Positions 40,368-55,897 of a stretch of 64,000 nt of DNA are shown one piece after another (the stretch's first letter is position 1; each line of letters begins with the position of its first letter). The position numbers and the translations under genes are program-made. The notes under the pieces were generated by a model, which ran no database searches, was not told the DNA's origin, and saw only the letters and a program-made list of their open reading frames with translations. Source of the DNA: Octopus vulgaris (taxonomy: Eukaryota); NCBI GenBank assembly GCA_951406725.2, contig OX597835.1:24552001-24616000 (forward strand). The letters run 5' to 3'.

Positions 40368-40642
40368 ACAACAGTTCGTGTACTGTGCCAAGTGCGAGTA
40401 ATCTGTCACTTTTAATAACAGAATCGTTAGAGCCTCGTACAAAATGCCTTGTGGTATTTATTCCAACGTTTACGTTGAAACACCATTGAGATCAACGCTA
40501 CCTTTCGCTCTTCTATGATCGACAAAATGAAACACCAGTCAAAAACTGGGTTAGTTTAAGCGAGTTAATATCCAAAATTCCTTATCCTCTGCCTACGTTA
40601 CAAACGGTTTAGGGCCTCAAGTTATCTAAAGTATTTTGATGT

Positions 40643-40810
40643 GCAGGAATGGCTGTGTGGTAAGTAGCTTGCTAACCAACCACATGGTTCCGGGTTCAGT
40701 CCCACTGCGTGGCATCTTGGGCAACGGTCTTCTGCTATAGCCCCGGGCCGACCAATGCCTTGTGAGTGGATTTGGTAGACGGAAACTGAAAGAAGCCTGT
40801 CGTATATATG

Positions 40811-40858
<48 letters not shown>

Positions 40859-41071
40859 TGTGTTTGTCCCCCTAGCATTGCTTAACAACCGATGCTGGTG
40901 TGTTTACGTTCCCGTCACTTAGCGGTTCGGCAAAAGAGACCCGATAGAATAAGTACTGGGCTTACAAAGAATAAGTCCCGGGGTCGAGTTGCTCGACTAA
41001 AAAGGGCGGTGCTCCAGCATGGCCGCAGTCAAATGACTGAAACATGTAAAAGAGTAAAAGAGTAAAAAGAG
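40643..41071 (+). mobile_element. SINE family A, full length
   Basis: As 37845-38258. Confidence 0.92.
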
Positions 41072-41157
41072 TATGTGCGATGGATTTTATTTGACTCGAA
41101 CTTGAAACCTTTCTCTGAAGAGGAGTTAGTTTTACATCTATTATTTGTTCATTCTTC

Positions 41158-41663
41158 GAATCTTTTCGCTTTGACCGGCAGATTTTAAAAATAATTTCTT
41201 TGTAACTAAACACTTTTAAACTTCGTATACTGGTAGAATGTGTTACATAAAGCATCTTTTTCTCTTGGCTTTCTTGAGGAAATTCTGTAGTTTGTAATCT
41301 ATTTCTTGTTTAATTTGTTGCATTTTGGCGATTTCAACCAATCAATGACGTCTATTGAGGCGAATACAATTTCTGCGGTTGTTTGTCAACAACAATTTCT
41401 TGCGGTGTCATATGAGTTTGTCACTGTTATTTATGACATATTTCATATCAGTTACGTTCGTATGAATAAGAGATTATCGTTATTAAACTTTTATTAATAA
41501 ATACATATTCTAAGTTCACAACATATGCAGTTTTAATTTCCCTCTCTGTTGCACAGATACACACATTACATATTATATATTCATTTAAGAAACAGATTGG
41601 GTTTATTTACATTTCTGAAGAAAAAAGATACCCTTCCCCCCACCCCAAACCCTAACTCTAAAA
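41158..41663 (-). mobile_element. Diverged, truncated GGATCTTTTC-family MITE
   Basis: aaacttcgtatactggtagaatgtgt, caaccaatcaatgacgtc and aagaaacagattgggtttatttacatttctgaag shared (inverted) with 19751-20180. Confidence 0.8.
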
Positions 41664-41817
41664 TGTCATTTGGATGAAAGAAAAAACTTAATCACCAACT
41701 TGCCATAATCACTTGCTCATTGATATGTTGTGAGTTATCTCCCCTCTCTTGCCTTTTTTTCTTTAACAAATTCTGTTTCTCTGAACTAGTTTACTACTGA
41801 TATGTATACATCCAGGA

Positions 41818-42197
41818 GGAGGCGCAATGGCCCAGTGATTAGGGCAGCGGACTCGCGGTCGTAGGATCGCGGTTTCGATTCCCAGACCGGGCGTTGTGAG
41901 TGTTTATTGAGCGAAAACACCTAAAGCTCCACGAGGCTCCGGCAGGGGATGGTGGTGATCCCTGCTGTACTCTTTCACCACAACTTTCTCTCACTCTTAC
42001 TTCCTGTTTCTGTTGTACCTGTATTTCAAAAGGCCGGCCTTGTCACTCTCTGTGTCACGCTGAATATCCCTGAGAACTACGTTAAGGGTACACGTGTCTG
42101 TGGAGTGCTCAGCCACTTGCACGTTAATTTCACGAGCAGGCTGTTCCGTTGATCGGATCAACCGGAACCCTCGTCGTCGTAACCAACGGAGTGATTC
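41818..42197 (+). mobile_element. SINE family D, full length
   Basis: 14-bp TSD atgtatacatccag; A-box-like tggcccagtgatt and B-box-like gtttcgattccc. Confidence 0.93.
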
Positions 42198-42528
42198 CAT
42201 GTATACATCCAGATTTACCCAGATTCTCCTTGGTCCACGCTGAACTATCCAGATCCACCAAGATTCACATACATCTACCCAGATCCACCTGTATTCGACA
42301 CTGTCATCAACCTCATTGTGTTATGTTTGCCAGTCAAGCAGTGACCTGGCAGAGTCGTCAAAGCATCTGGCTCAGTAACTCATGGTATGTGTCGGATTGC
42401 TTTGCTCCGAGTTCAAATACCACAGCAATCGATAAAGTGCCATTGTAGTACTGGGTAGTTTTTTCTCTTTTCGTTATATAAAACTTTCACTTCGAAACCC
42501 ACCACCAACAACAACAGCATCAACAGCA

Positions 42529-42930
42529 GGAGGCGCAATGGCCCAATGGTTAGGGCGGCGGACTCGCGGTCGGAGGATCGCGGTTTCTATTCCCAGACCG
42601 GGCGTTGTGTGTGTTTATTGAGGGAAAACACCTAAAAGCTCCACAAGGCTCCGGCAGGGGGTGGTGGCGATCCCTGTTGTACTCTTTCTCTCTAACTTTC
42701 TCTCACTCTTTCGCTTTGTCTCTTGTCTCCGACCTCCTACACAACCGCTGAGCCTGGATGCGCATTCATCCATCCGTCGATGCTCTCGGTGTCGGGGGTT
42801 GACCTGCTTTCTCTTCTGCGGGTCTTACGAATAACAAAGGACCACGTTTCGGACTTCTCTTACTACAGAGGCACGATCTTGCGAGCTCTGGGACGAAGAC
42901 CGCTTCGCTCAACAAACAAACGAACAAACA
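42529..42930 (+). mobile_element. SINE family D head with alternative tail 3
   Basis: Same ~180-bp head, unrelated tail ending (caaa)n. Confidence 0.8.
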
Positions 42931-43523
42931 TCAACATCACTAACCAAACAAAAAAATAGACCACTCATTCTGGGGCCTCGAGACGTTTCTCCCAGTCATC
43001 ATTCATCACAGAGCTCTACAAACTTCAGGAAATCCTTCCGTACACGTTCTCTTTTGCAGATGTCGTCCTATAGATGTCACTAAACATCGAATCTCACGAG
43101 TGTGACAGGAAGATGGTATAAAAATACCAAAGGTACGGCCCCTCCTATATTTTCAGTGAACTCAATCGTTAAAGAAACAAACTGCTAACATCTGGAAAAG
43201 AAATTAAGGATTTAATTTTGTACATTAAAAATATTTACTTTTAATATTAATTAAATGTTTTTAAACGTCTTTTTGCGGGTTGGCCACTCCCGCAACGATT
43301 TGGCTTATTACAAAACCTGAGAAAGTTATTAAGTATCAATAATGTTATGTATATGCAATATGTGTGTAAATTTAACGGGATTTATAAGAAAATGCCACCC
43401 CCATTCTCACTTTGTCTGTCTGTTTGTCTGTCTGTCTCTCTGTGTATTTCCTATCAGTCAGAGGGAATCATTCACGTGTAGCGTTTTTACTTCCTTACTT
43501 CCTCCCTATATGTTTAAAAGTAT

Positions 43524-43692
<169 letters not shown>

Positions 43693-43734
43693 CATGTATA
43701 TGTAAATATGCTATCATGTATATATATATATCTA

Positions 43735-43779
<45 letters not shown>

Positions 43780-43884
43780 CTTCTTCCCTTCTTTCCTGAG
43801 CGTCCAATAATACTTTATTTGTTCCACGTCCTCGCGTTGTTGTGTTTTTTTTTTTGTTTTTTTTGTGTTTTCTTGTTTGGATTA

Positions 43885-43923
<39 letters not shown>

Positions 43924-44336
43924 GTATAACGTATATTCTTTTTTCCCTTTTTCCTCTTCTGCGTATCCTTCTTCACTTTCGTCTTCTTCTGGTCGTCTTC
44001 CTCCCCCTGCTTCCCCTTTCTCCCACCTATCATTATACGCATCCACCCGCTTCATCCCCACCACCATCACATAATATCTACCCCACATACTCATCCCGCA
44101 TCCATACTTTTTTTCCTCTCTTCTCTTTTCTTTTCCTCTCGAAATTTTTCCTAAGAACAAAGTCTGGAAGGCGCAACAGAATGCAATACCACACCCCCTT
44201 TGGTGCAGTCCGATGAAGTTCCGCTCCAATGTCTAAAACCGCAAATATGTGATTTTCCATTTAGAATTTTCGCGTAAACCGACGCTGCAAATAAAGATGG
44301 TGTAGAAACGATTGTAACTTATAATTAAAGATGTAT

Positions 44337-44566
44337 TCTCTCTTTTACTCTTTTACTTGTTTCAGTCATTTGACTGCGGCCATGCTGGAGCACCGCCTTT
44401 AGTCGAGCAACTCGACCCCGGGACTTATTCTTTTTTGTAAGCCCAGTACTTATTCTATCGGTCTCTTTTTTTTTGCCAAACCGCTAAGTGACGGGGACAT
44501 AAACACACCAGCATCGGTTGTCAAGCATTGCTAGGGGAACAAACACAGACACACAAACACACACAA

Positions 44567-44631
<65 letters not shown>

Positions 44632-44797
44632 TACGACAGGCTTCTTTCAGTTTCCGTCTACCAAATCCACTCACAAGGCATTGGTCGGCCCGGGGCTATA
44701 GCAGAAGATACTTGCCCAAGATGCCACGCAGTGGGACTGAACCCAGAACCATGTGGTTGGTTAGCAAGCTACTTACCACACAGCCACTCCTGCGCCT
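44337..44797 (-). mobile_element. SINE family A, full length
   Basis: As 28716-29118. Confidence 0.92.
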
Positions 44798-45434
44798 ATT
44801 AAAGAAGGATCTTTTCGGTTTGAACTTGCTGTTGCTGCTGCAACTGTGTTCTTTTTGGTGATGCTGCTGCCACTGTGTTCTTTTTGGTGATGATGTTGCT
44901 GTCCATGTTGCTTGACCTCAGCCCAGCCCTCGTCGATCAGACTTATTGATCAAAGATTTCCATCCATGACCATCACATATTTTTATAAATGTAGATCTTA
45001 ATATTGACTAATGTGTCTTGTCTTTCTGAATGACGACCAGAATGCGATTTCAATGAGATTTAGCTACTATTTCTAGCAGATTGAGGGACCACGGTGGGGT
45101 ACAGTGAGTAGAAAGTTTAGAATGTGGTAGAACCGTATGGTACGGTGGTATGGGGTGGAGTAGAATCGCCGTGTGGGGTGGAGAATCTGGTCGCGTGTCA
45201 TAGATAGTGAGGTTAAAGTGTAATCGGCATGGTGGATGTTGGTCATGTGTCAAAGATGAGGGAAAGAGGGAGACAGAGGATGCTGGGGGTGTAACGAAGG
45301 GATCGCGCGTAACTCATTAGAGAGATAATTTAGATGTCAGAGTAAAATACCAGCTACAACACTACTACTACTACTACTACAACTACTACTACTACTAATA
45401 ATAATAATTATTATTATTATTATTATTATTATTA

Positions 45435-46146
<712 letters not shown>

Positions 46147-46914
46147 ACCTTACTACTACTATCACTGTAAATAATTGTTTTGACATTACCACTCCGTCGC
46201 AGGGAGAGTTACTCAATGGCAGCTGAGTGAAGTTGAACAACATAAAAGGAAGTGTTTTTGCCGAAGAGCATAACTGTGATGTAGTTATGCTCTTCGGAAA
46301 TTGCTCTTCGGGACTTGAAACTACGATCTTGCTGCAATCTTGATTCTTTTCTACTCTAGGCACAAAGCCCGAAATTTTAGGGGAGGGGACCAGTCGATGT
46401 TTTTGATGAGTAAATGCTTGCATCTATCTAGAAATCAAAGGAAATGACTACTATTCCCGTCAAACTTTGCTTTTGTGACCTGAACATCAATGTTTTGAAA
46501 CAGACTTATTTTCCATTATATTTCAGACAGATTCAGCACTGAGTTACTGAATTTCAGAAATATCATTATAGCAAATATTCTGCACAATACCACAGATTTG
46601 CTTGTCAGTTGCTTGATCATGAGCAGAAGTAGTGGGAGAGCATCATAGCCATGTGTTGAGAGGAATTCTTTGGGGTTTGAATAAATATCATAGCAAAAGC
46701 AAATTTTGAAAGAAGTTTTAGCCATATTTCATATTTTCTAGGAGTAAGCAAATAGGAAATATCAGTTGCTACCCAGAGACAAAAATCATGTTACACAATG
46801 TTGTCAGCGCGATTGATTTGTCACCCGTCATTAAAACTGTAATTGATTGGAAATACGCTGGAGTTCTGCAAGTTAAATATGAAATCAGCAGCAGCAGTAG
46901 TAGTAGTAGTAGTG

Positions 46915-46988
<74 letters not shown>

Positions 46989-47671
46989 TGTAGTAGTAGT
47001 AGTAGTAGCAGTAGATGGAGGAGGAGAAGGAGGAGTGCATTAAGTATGAAAATAGTAGTGGATGTAGTTGTAGATGTGTAATGGTGTTCGTAATGGTGGT
47101 AGTGATGGCACTGGTGGTGGTGGTAGTAGTCGTAGTAGTGGTGGTGGTGATGGTGATGGTGGTGGTGATGGTAATGGTTGTAGTAGTAGTTGTAGCGATG
47201 GTGGTTTATGTCGAGGCTGTTGCCGTTTCTCCTTCTCGTCCTCCTCTTCCAAATCTTTCCTTCCTATCCTCCCCCTCCACCTCTTCAACCTCCCTCTCCT
47301 CATCCCCTCCTCGTCATCCTCTCCTTTACCCACCCCCCTTTATTTTATTTTCTTCTTCGTTTTTCTTCTTGTTCTTCGCTGTTATTGTTGTTGTTGTTGT
47401 TGTTGTGTTTGTTGTTTTACATCCACCGGATGTGCGTGTCTTTACCCATGTGCCTATGTTCGTTCACGTGCACGCGTGGAATTTGTTCAAGTGTGGGCAT
47501 AAACATATGTGTGTGTATGTGTGTGTGTGAGTGTGTGTGTGTGCTTATGTCTAAATATATTCGCGCGTTCATAAATATATTCGTATGCATGTGCGTTGGT
47601 ACATATGCAAAATGTGTGTACTTACCAGCTTTGATTCCTACATAACTGTATGTATGTGTGTATGTATGGAT

Positions 47672-47838
47672 TACGTCCTGAGTTCAAAATCCGCCGAGGT
47701 CGACTTTGCCTTTCATCCTTTCGGGGTCGATTAAATTAAGTACCAGTTACGCACTGGAGTCGATGTAATCGACTTAATCCCTTTGTCTGTCTTTGTTTGT
47801 CCCCTCTATGTTTAGCCTCCTTGGGCAATAAAGAAATA
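47672..47838 (+). mobile_element. SINE family B, 5'-truncated
   Basis: Core plus tail gtttgtcccctct..aataaagaaata. Confidence 0.88.
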
Positions 47839-48107
47839 TACATACGTACATATATATATATATATATATATATAAGGCGACTGAAGAAGGGGAGTTTTCC
47901 TTGTTTTGTATGTCCTGTACTCTATTTTTTCGTTGTTTAAAAAAAATGTCCATTTCCTTGGTTTTGTGTTTATGTTTTCGCTTCTCATTGTGTTCGACGT
48001 TTTTTTTGGGTGTCCTGTACCAATATATGCATGTATATATACATGTAGAGGTAGGTACGTACATATATGTATGTATATATGCATATATTTTATTTATTTA
48101 TTTATTA

Positions 48108-48192
<85 letters not shown>

Positions 48193-48194
<2 letters not shown>

Positions 48195-48420
48195 TCTTTT
48201 ACTCTTTTACTTGTGTCAGTCATTTGACAGTGGCCATGCTGCAACACCACATTAAAGAGTGTTAGTCGAAGAAATCGATCCCAGGACTTATTCTTTGTAA
48301 GCCTAGTACTTATTCTATCGGTCTCTTTTGCCGAACCGCTAAATTACGGGGACATAAACACACCGGCATAAACACATCGGTTGTAAAGCGGTGATGGAGG
48401 GGGAACAAACAGACACAGAT
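48193..48420 (-). mobile_element. SINE family A, 3' half
   Basis: cttttactcttttacttg..gccgaaccgctaa. Confidence 0.85.
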
Positions 48421-48559
48421 GCACACACATAGATACACAAATACACACACACACACACACCATGCACTCTACACACGCACATATAAGCCGGTCCAGTAGC
48501 CCGTTACTCTGGAGTTTCAATAGCGTGCAGCCTCTTCGTCAGACAAATCAATGTCGCAC

Positions 48560-48614
<55 letters not shown>

Positions 48615-49233
48615 TGTGTGTGTGAGAGAGGGAGAGAAAGAGAGAGTGTGTGTGTGAGAGAGGGAGAGAAAGAGAGAGTGTGTGTGTGAGAGAGGGAGAG
48701 AAAGAGAGAGTGTGTGTGTGAGAGAGGGAGAGAAAGAGAGAGTGTGCGCGCGCGCACGAACGAGTACATGCATTTGTTTTTCGTTCGATAAACAAGCATT
48801 ATACATCGGAACCGCTATTTAATTCGGTTGTTAGACCGTGAACGCCAGAGGACTTGACAGTAATAAAGTGATGACACGAGTCTGTCTCAGTGATGTAGAT
48901 TCTCCGTCGTCATCTGACACAATCAGTAAAGCAGGATTGGTACATCTCGAGGGAAAATGTAATCCATGTATCAGCAAGTTGGAGTTTATTAATTTTATTT
49001 AGGGCTGGGCTGTAATATGATAGCAGACGATGTGGTGCTACTCTGAAAGGCAGAGGTTGCAGAAGTCTGATGAATTCTTAAGCTCCTGCATTTCATCTAA
49101 CACTCACCACCAGATGCAGTAGTCTTTACTGTCTTTCAATTACCAAATGTACCTTGACAAGGACGTGATACGTTACAGGAGGCGATGACGATACGAGCTG
49201 TTGTAGTGATGCAAGCAAGCAACGAAGACGTAC

Positions 49234-49434
49234 TACTCTTTTACTCTTTTACTTGTTTCAGTCATTTGACTGCGGCCATGCTGGAGCACCGCCTTTTAGT
49301 CGAGCAAATCGAAAACAAGACTTATTGTTTGTAAGCCTAGTATTTATTCTATAAGTCTCTTTTGCCGAACCGCTAACTTACGGGAACATAAACACACCAG
49401 CATCGGTTGTCAAACGATGTTGGGACAAACACAA

Positions 49435-49499
<65 letters not shown>

Positions 49500-49633
49500 T
49501 ACGACGAGCTTCTTTCAGTTTCCGTCTACCAAATCCGCTCACAAGGCTTTGGTCGGCCCGAGGCTATAGTAGAAGACACTTGCCCAAGATGCCACGCAGT
49601 GGGACTGAAACCGGAATCATGTGGCTCGTAAGC
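49234..49633 (-). mobile_element. SINE family A
   Basis: Collinear, lacks extreme 5' end. Confidence 0.9.
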
Positions 49634-50153
49634 TTTTTGATATGTAGCCAGTGGAGACATGAGCTCATTTTGAAAAGGTTCTACCTACACATTTGCTCGT
49701 TAGAATACAAAACTATGTTTTAGCAATTGCATATCGCTCTTACTGCTCAACGCTTACTTGCGTTATTTTTACATTGTTTCTTCATAGAATTCGCCATGTT
49801 TTTTTCTTTAAGCGTTGGTTTACGCTCCTGCGTGTACGCCTGGGGGAAGTATTTATATACACGCAACTGAGCTTATGTATGGGTGTTTAGGCAGACTGCT
49901 TTTACATGTTTGCACATGTGTATATATGTCAACATATATGTATGTGCGTGTATGCATACATGTATGTATGAGTGTGAATTTGCTTAAATGTAACTGTTTA
50001 ACAATTCCATATATATACGTATAATCGTACACAAATACACGTATATATCAAAACACACATATACGCATACAAACACACAAACATATATATACATAAAGAC
50101 ATACACACACTTACATATGTATACACATACATATATATATGTATGTATGTATG

Positions 50154-50211
<58 letters not shown>

Positions 50212-50949
50212 AATTGCCTGATGAGTGGTAACGCGAAACTCCGAGTAACTGTTAGTGAAACTTTTGCGGCTTTGATAAAATAATATCCTAGTGTACCTTT
50301 GTAATTCGAGTACTGTTCTTTCCTCCACCATATTTTGCACCTATGCGCATACTTGTGTGTGTATGTGTGTATATGTGTGTGTGCATGTATGTATGTATGT
50401 AAGCATGTATATATGTATATATATATATATATATGTGTGTGTATATATATATATATATATACATGAATACATACATACACACACATATATATGGATATAC
50501 ATATATCAATACATACACTTAAGAGTCTGTGTGCGTGCGTGTGCGTGTGTGTGTATGTGGTATCTGAAAGTGAGTATATATCTGTGTGTGGTCAAAAGCA
50601 TACCATACATCATACACAGATGTACCCAGATAGAAAACATAACAAACACATGTAGTGTGTTTATATATGTGTGTGTATATATGAAAGAGCATGTGCGTTG
50701 TGCCTGTTGCATACGTTTCTCCGTGCGTGTTCACTCACATATATGCAACAATTGGATGATATATATATATATATGATATACACACACACACCACACAAAC
50801 ACGCACTCCCACACACACGTACATGCATACATTCATGCATATCTGCATTCCTATCACATGGGTGTCAAGAGTAATATATACTCTTCTATGCGCTTCACAT
50901 ATACACACATCACTCCCTCTTATATACATACATATATATATACATACAC

Positions 50950-50981
<32 letters not shown>

Positions 50982-51217
50982 CATACATACACACACACAC
51001 AAGCACATATATATGTATATATGTATACATATATATATATTTATGTATGTCTATGTATATACATACTGTTCTTTGTATACATGCATATATACGTATATAT
51101 ACATACACGTATATATATATATATATATAACGTGCACACACACACACACACACATAAATACATATATATATATATATATATATATATGAATATATATAAT
51201 ATATTTACATTTTTATG

Positions 51218-51252
<35 letters not shown>

Positions 51253-51279
51253 ATATACATACAAACAGACATATATATG

Positions 51280-51317
<38 letters not shown>

Positions 51318-51619
51318 TGTTTACACACACATACGCACACACACAATTTCACACATTGCATACACATATAACTGCACACGTTCCGTGCACACATCTTTCT
51401 CTCCTCCACACTCCCTCCCTCTTCTCTCTTTGCTCTCTCACACCTATTCTCTCTTCTAACACACCACTTTCTCTCTCTCTCTCTCTCTTCCTCTTACTGC
51501 TACCCCGACCATATCGACAGTAAGCCGTTAGGCGATAAACTACTAACACCCATATAACCACTACTAAGACTACCACCCAACCATCACACCACTAGCGTAA
51601 CTATCGCCAGTGGCATCCT

Positions 51620-51650
<31 letters not shown>

Positions 51651-51681
51651 CCCTACTATTACCACCAATACCATCACCACT

Positions 51682-51731
<50 letters not shown>

Positions 51732-51778
51732 CACAACTACTACTAGTACTACTGCTACTACTACTACTGCTGCTGCTG

Positions 51779-51823
<45 letters not shown>

Positions 51824-52128
51824 TCAATACCACTACTATCAACATCATCGCCACCACCACCAAGACTAGTTGTAACTATTTGGTGATGCGTGGTGTTAGG
51901 GGGGAGGTGGGAGGAAATGGCTGGAGGCGGGGAGTGGAGGGAGGTGTGCGAGAATTACTCGAGGAATGTTGTCATTGTAATTAAGTGTGTGCACAATAGA
52001 GGAAGTCTTTAAGGACGGTGGGGACGGAGACAACGGTGGTGGTGGTAGTGATGCTGGTGGTGATGCTGGTGTTGGTGGTGGTAATGGCATTAGTAAGGAT
52101 GGCTGCAGAGGAGGAAGAGTAGTAGTAT

Positions 52129-52162
<34 letters not shown>

Positions 52163-52208
52163 GGTCGTCGTCGTGGTGGCGGTCGTGGTAGTGGTAATGG
52201 TGGTAGTG

Positions 52209-52242
<34 letters not shown>

Positions 52243-52345
52243 AAGAAGAAGAAGAAGAAGAAGAAGAAGAAGAAGAAGAAGAGCAACAACAACAACAACA
52301 ACAAAAACAACAACTACAACAACAACAACAGCAGCAACAACAATA
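51620..52345. repeat. (CTA/CCA)n and opposing (TAG/TGG)n, (GAA)n, (CAA)n trinucleotide tracts
   Basis: Read directly. Confidence 0.9.
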
Positions 52346-52583
52346 GCAGAAGAAGAAGGCCCTCACTACAAGGCACAAGCACTCCTCTCACGCGTAACTC
52401 AGGTAATCCCTTTCTTCGCCCGCCTCTTCCCATCCACTTTTTTTTCATCAATCTCTAATTATTAACGGGGGGAATCGACAGTGCGTCGATCAAAAGTATT
52501 TTGCAATATTACTTCGTTTTGAACGGCGACGAAATTTGGACGAAATGCTGCTAAGCCTTCAGCTCGGCGTGCTTACGATTCTT

Positions 52584-52998
52584 ATTTCTTTATTGTCCAC
52601 AAGGGGCTAAATACAGAGGGGACAAACAAGGACAGACAAAGAGATTAAATCGATTACATCGACCCCAGTGCGTAACTGGTACTTAATTTATCGAGCCCGA
52701 AAGGATGAGAGGCAAAGTCGACCTCAGCGGAATTTGAACTCAGAACGTAGCGGCAGACGAAGTACCTATTTCTTTACTACCCACAAGGGGCTAAACACAG
52801 AGAGGACAAACAAGGACAGACAAACGGATTAAGTCGATTACATCGACTCCAGTGCGTAACTGGTATTTATTTAGTCGACCCGGAAAGGATGAAAGGCAAA
52901 GTCGACCTCGGCGGAATTTGAACTCAGAACGTAGCGGCAGACGAAATACCGCAAAGCATTTTATCCGGCGTACTAACAATTCTGTCAGCTTGCCTCCT
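52584..52998 (-). mobile_element. SINE B head-to-tail dimer
   Basis: Junction gacgaagtac|ctatttcttt at about 52766, same position as in 7400-8586. Confidence 0.9.
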
Positions 52999-53426
52999 TA
53001 GCAAAAAATAATGGCAATAATAATTTAGAGTATATATTTCAAGGAAAGTCGAATCATTACTCAGAGTGCCATAGCGGAAGAACACGTGATTAATTGATCT
53101 TATATCCGAACATCTAATTGATATGTCACGTGTTTTTATGCATGCCTTACGCATAGCGTTACAATAATCAAGTTTCGAATAACTTCGCTAAATATTAAAA
53201 CAGTGAATTTTTAACGTAAATTTCCCGCTAAAAGTCGTTATGTTTAAAAGACGTTTGTGTTGCCCGTACCGCAATCAGGTTGCTGACGAGGGCGGTGGAT
53301 GGTTTGTGTAGGAACCAGCATCTATTTGCCTAAAGGACAAAGAACATGGCTTGTCATCCAAGAATAACCGATATCTGGAATGGTTGCAGACGAAAATGAT
53401 TTAAACTGATAAGAAAAGAGTATATA

Positions 53427-53567
53427 TTAGGTTGTCCCAAAAGTTCGTAAACACTTGCGAAAATTGAATTTTTACTCGCCAAGTACTAACAAAAACAACA
53501 AAAATTATTCCTCAAAATAAAGACCATTATTTTCCAAGACTTTCTACGAACTTTTGGGACAACCTTA
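53427..53567. mobile_element. 141-bp mariner-type MITE
   Basis: TIR aggttgtcccaaaagttcgta / tacgaacttttgggacaacct with TA flanks. Confidence 0.85.
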
Positions 53568-53867
53568 TATGATGTATGCGTATATTTGGCGATTGCTCTA
53601 TCTTCACTGATGTTTATCGAATTCTTGTGTTTCTTCATTGTCAACGGCATTTCCGACTTTCCATCCATGACTTATCAGATGAACCTTCAGTCTCGTTGTA
53701 GATCTTCAGGGCTTGAAGCATAGGGGGCAGACAAAAGTTCATAAAAGTTGTAACTTGCAGCGCGCTTCTAACTGGTTAGGTCTGAACACGTAGCCGCTCT
53801 TCCGTCGCCATAGAACTTTCAATAGATAAGGTGACAAATGAGGCCACCATAAAGAGACATCTCTACG

Positions 53868-54390
53868 TCATACATACATACATACATAGATACATACATA
53901 AACACACAGATGCATACATATATACATACATACACACGCACATACAACCTCACGTGCATTGTTGGCGATTTTTCTTTATTTTTTTCTGTCTTTCTCTTTG
54001 GGCTTTCTGAAGAAGAGCTACGTTCGTAACGTTAACAACTCTCTCCTTTCACCGAGCGTCCTCACGTTCGTTTTTTTTCCTTAATTTTTGTTTGTGTATT
54101 TGAATTGACTACATATATACATACATACATACATACATACATACATACATACATACATACATACATACACACACAGATGCATACATATATACATACATAC
54201 ACACACACATACAACCTCACGTGCATTGTCGGCGATTTTTCTTTATTTTTTTCTGTCTTTCTCTTTGGGCTTTCTGAAGAAGAGCTACGTTCGTAACGTT
54301 AACAACTCTCTCCTTTCACCGAGCGTCCTCACGTTCGTTTTTTTTTCGTTGATTTTTGTTTGTGTATTTGAATTGACTACATACATACAT
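53868..54390 (+). repeat. 267-bp tandem dimer, each unit with a decayed minimal HHR
   Basis: CTGAAGA-a-gagc-tac-gttc-GtAACGT at 54007 and 54274. Confidence 0.8.
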
Positions 54391-54412
54391 ACACACTCAC
54401 ACACACAAATAT

Positions 54413-54830
54413 GGGTGCAGGCGTGTCTGTGTGGTAAGAAGCTTGTTTCCAACCGCATGTTTCTGGGTTCAGTTCCACTGCGTGGCACTTTGGGCAAGTG
54501 TCTTCTACTATAGCCACGGGACAACCAAAGCCTTGTGAGTGGATTTGGTAGACAGAAACTGGAAGGCCGTCGTGTGTGTTTGAGTGTGTGTGTTTGTGAG
54601 TGTGTGTGTGTTTCTATGTGTGTGCGTCTGTGTCTGTTTGTCTTGACAACCGATGTCGGTGTGTTTACGTATCCGTAACTTAACGGTTTGGCAAAAGAGT
54701 CTGGCAGAATAAGTACTAGGCTTTAAAAAATAAGACTTGTGATCGATTCATTGGACTAAAACCCGTGAAGGCGGTGCTGCAGCATGGCCACAGTCGAATG
54801 ATTGAAACAAATAAAAGAATAAAAGAATAG
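54413..54830 (+). mobile_element. SINE family A (diverged)
   Basis: Full layout present. Confidence 0.88.
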
Positions 54831-55128
54831 TGAAGGCACGTGGCCTAGTTGTTGGGGGTATTCGGTTCACGATCATAAGACTGCGAGTTCGATTCGCAGC
54901 GGTGCATTGTGCCCTAGGGCAACATATTTTATTTCACGTGTTCCAGTTCACTCAGCTGACAAAAAATGAGTAGTAGGTGTAATTTAAAAATACCAGCCTT
55001 GTCACATCCTGGGCTATGTTAAGGGGACAGGTGTCTGTGGAGTGCTCAAGCACTTGCTCGTTAATTTCCCGAGCAGGCTGTTCCGTTGATCGGAGCAACT
55101 GGAGCCCACGTCGTCATAAACGACAGCA
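54831..55128 (+). mobile_element. Chimeric SINE: family C-type head plus family D tail
   Basis: Same layout as 25263-25592. Confidence 0.75.
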
Positions 55129-55152
55129 TATATATATATATATATATAAAAC

Positions 55153-55242
<90 letters not shown>

Positions 55243-55306
55243 TCCCGGGTTATAACTACAGTAAGTAAGGTACTCAATACATACGAGTAAATATATATAT
55301 ATATAT

Positions 55307-55377
<71 letters not shown>

Positions 55378-55463
55378 ACACACACACACATATATATATA
55401 CATACATATATATAAACACACACATATATATACATATATACATATATATATATATGTATATAC

Positions 55464-55504
<41 letters not shown>

Positions 55505-55897
55505 TATATACATACACACACACATATATATATATATAGTTCGTTCTAGTTATGTTTTCGTGTTTTAAATATGTTAGTGAGTGCTTTCGTTACAAATTGA
55601 GTATTTTAGTCAATTTATATTATTCACATGTTTTTTTTTTTATATGCGAAATATTTGTTGAAATATATTTCCCATAATTAAGGCTTATATTTAATAGATA
55701 TTGGTTTACGTTGGTTTATTCCCATGCCGCCTTGTTTTAAGACGCTTGCAGCTTGATAGTCAACGTGATATGTTATTCTACTAGTTTAAATTTGGTTCAT
55801 TTTCATTTTTGGCCTCCGTATTTTAAGTACGTGTTATAAGCTGTTAGGCAGCAATGTTTATTGGTTTATGCTCTTTAATTGATCTATATATATTTAC

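Noticed and set aside
41818-41890. tRNA genes (also about 60010-60083 and other SINE heads)
   Set aside because: A/B boxes present but no complete cloverleaf; they continue into multi-copy SINE bodies with TSDs
41949-42152. Conserved small ORF MVVIPAVLFHHN.. seen three times
   Set aside because: Simply the SINE D consensus translated; stop position varies between copies
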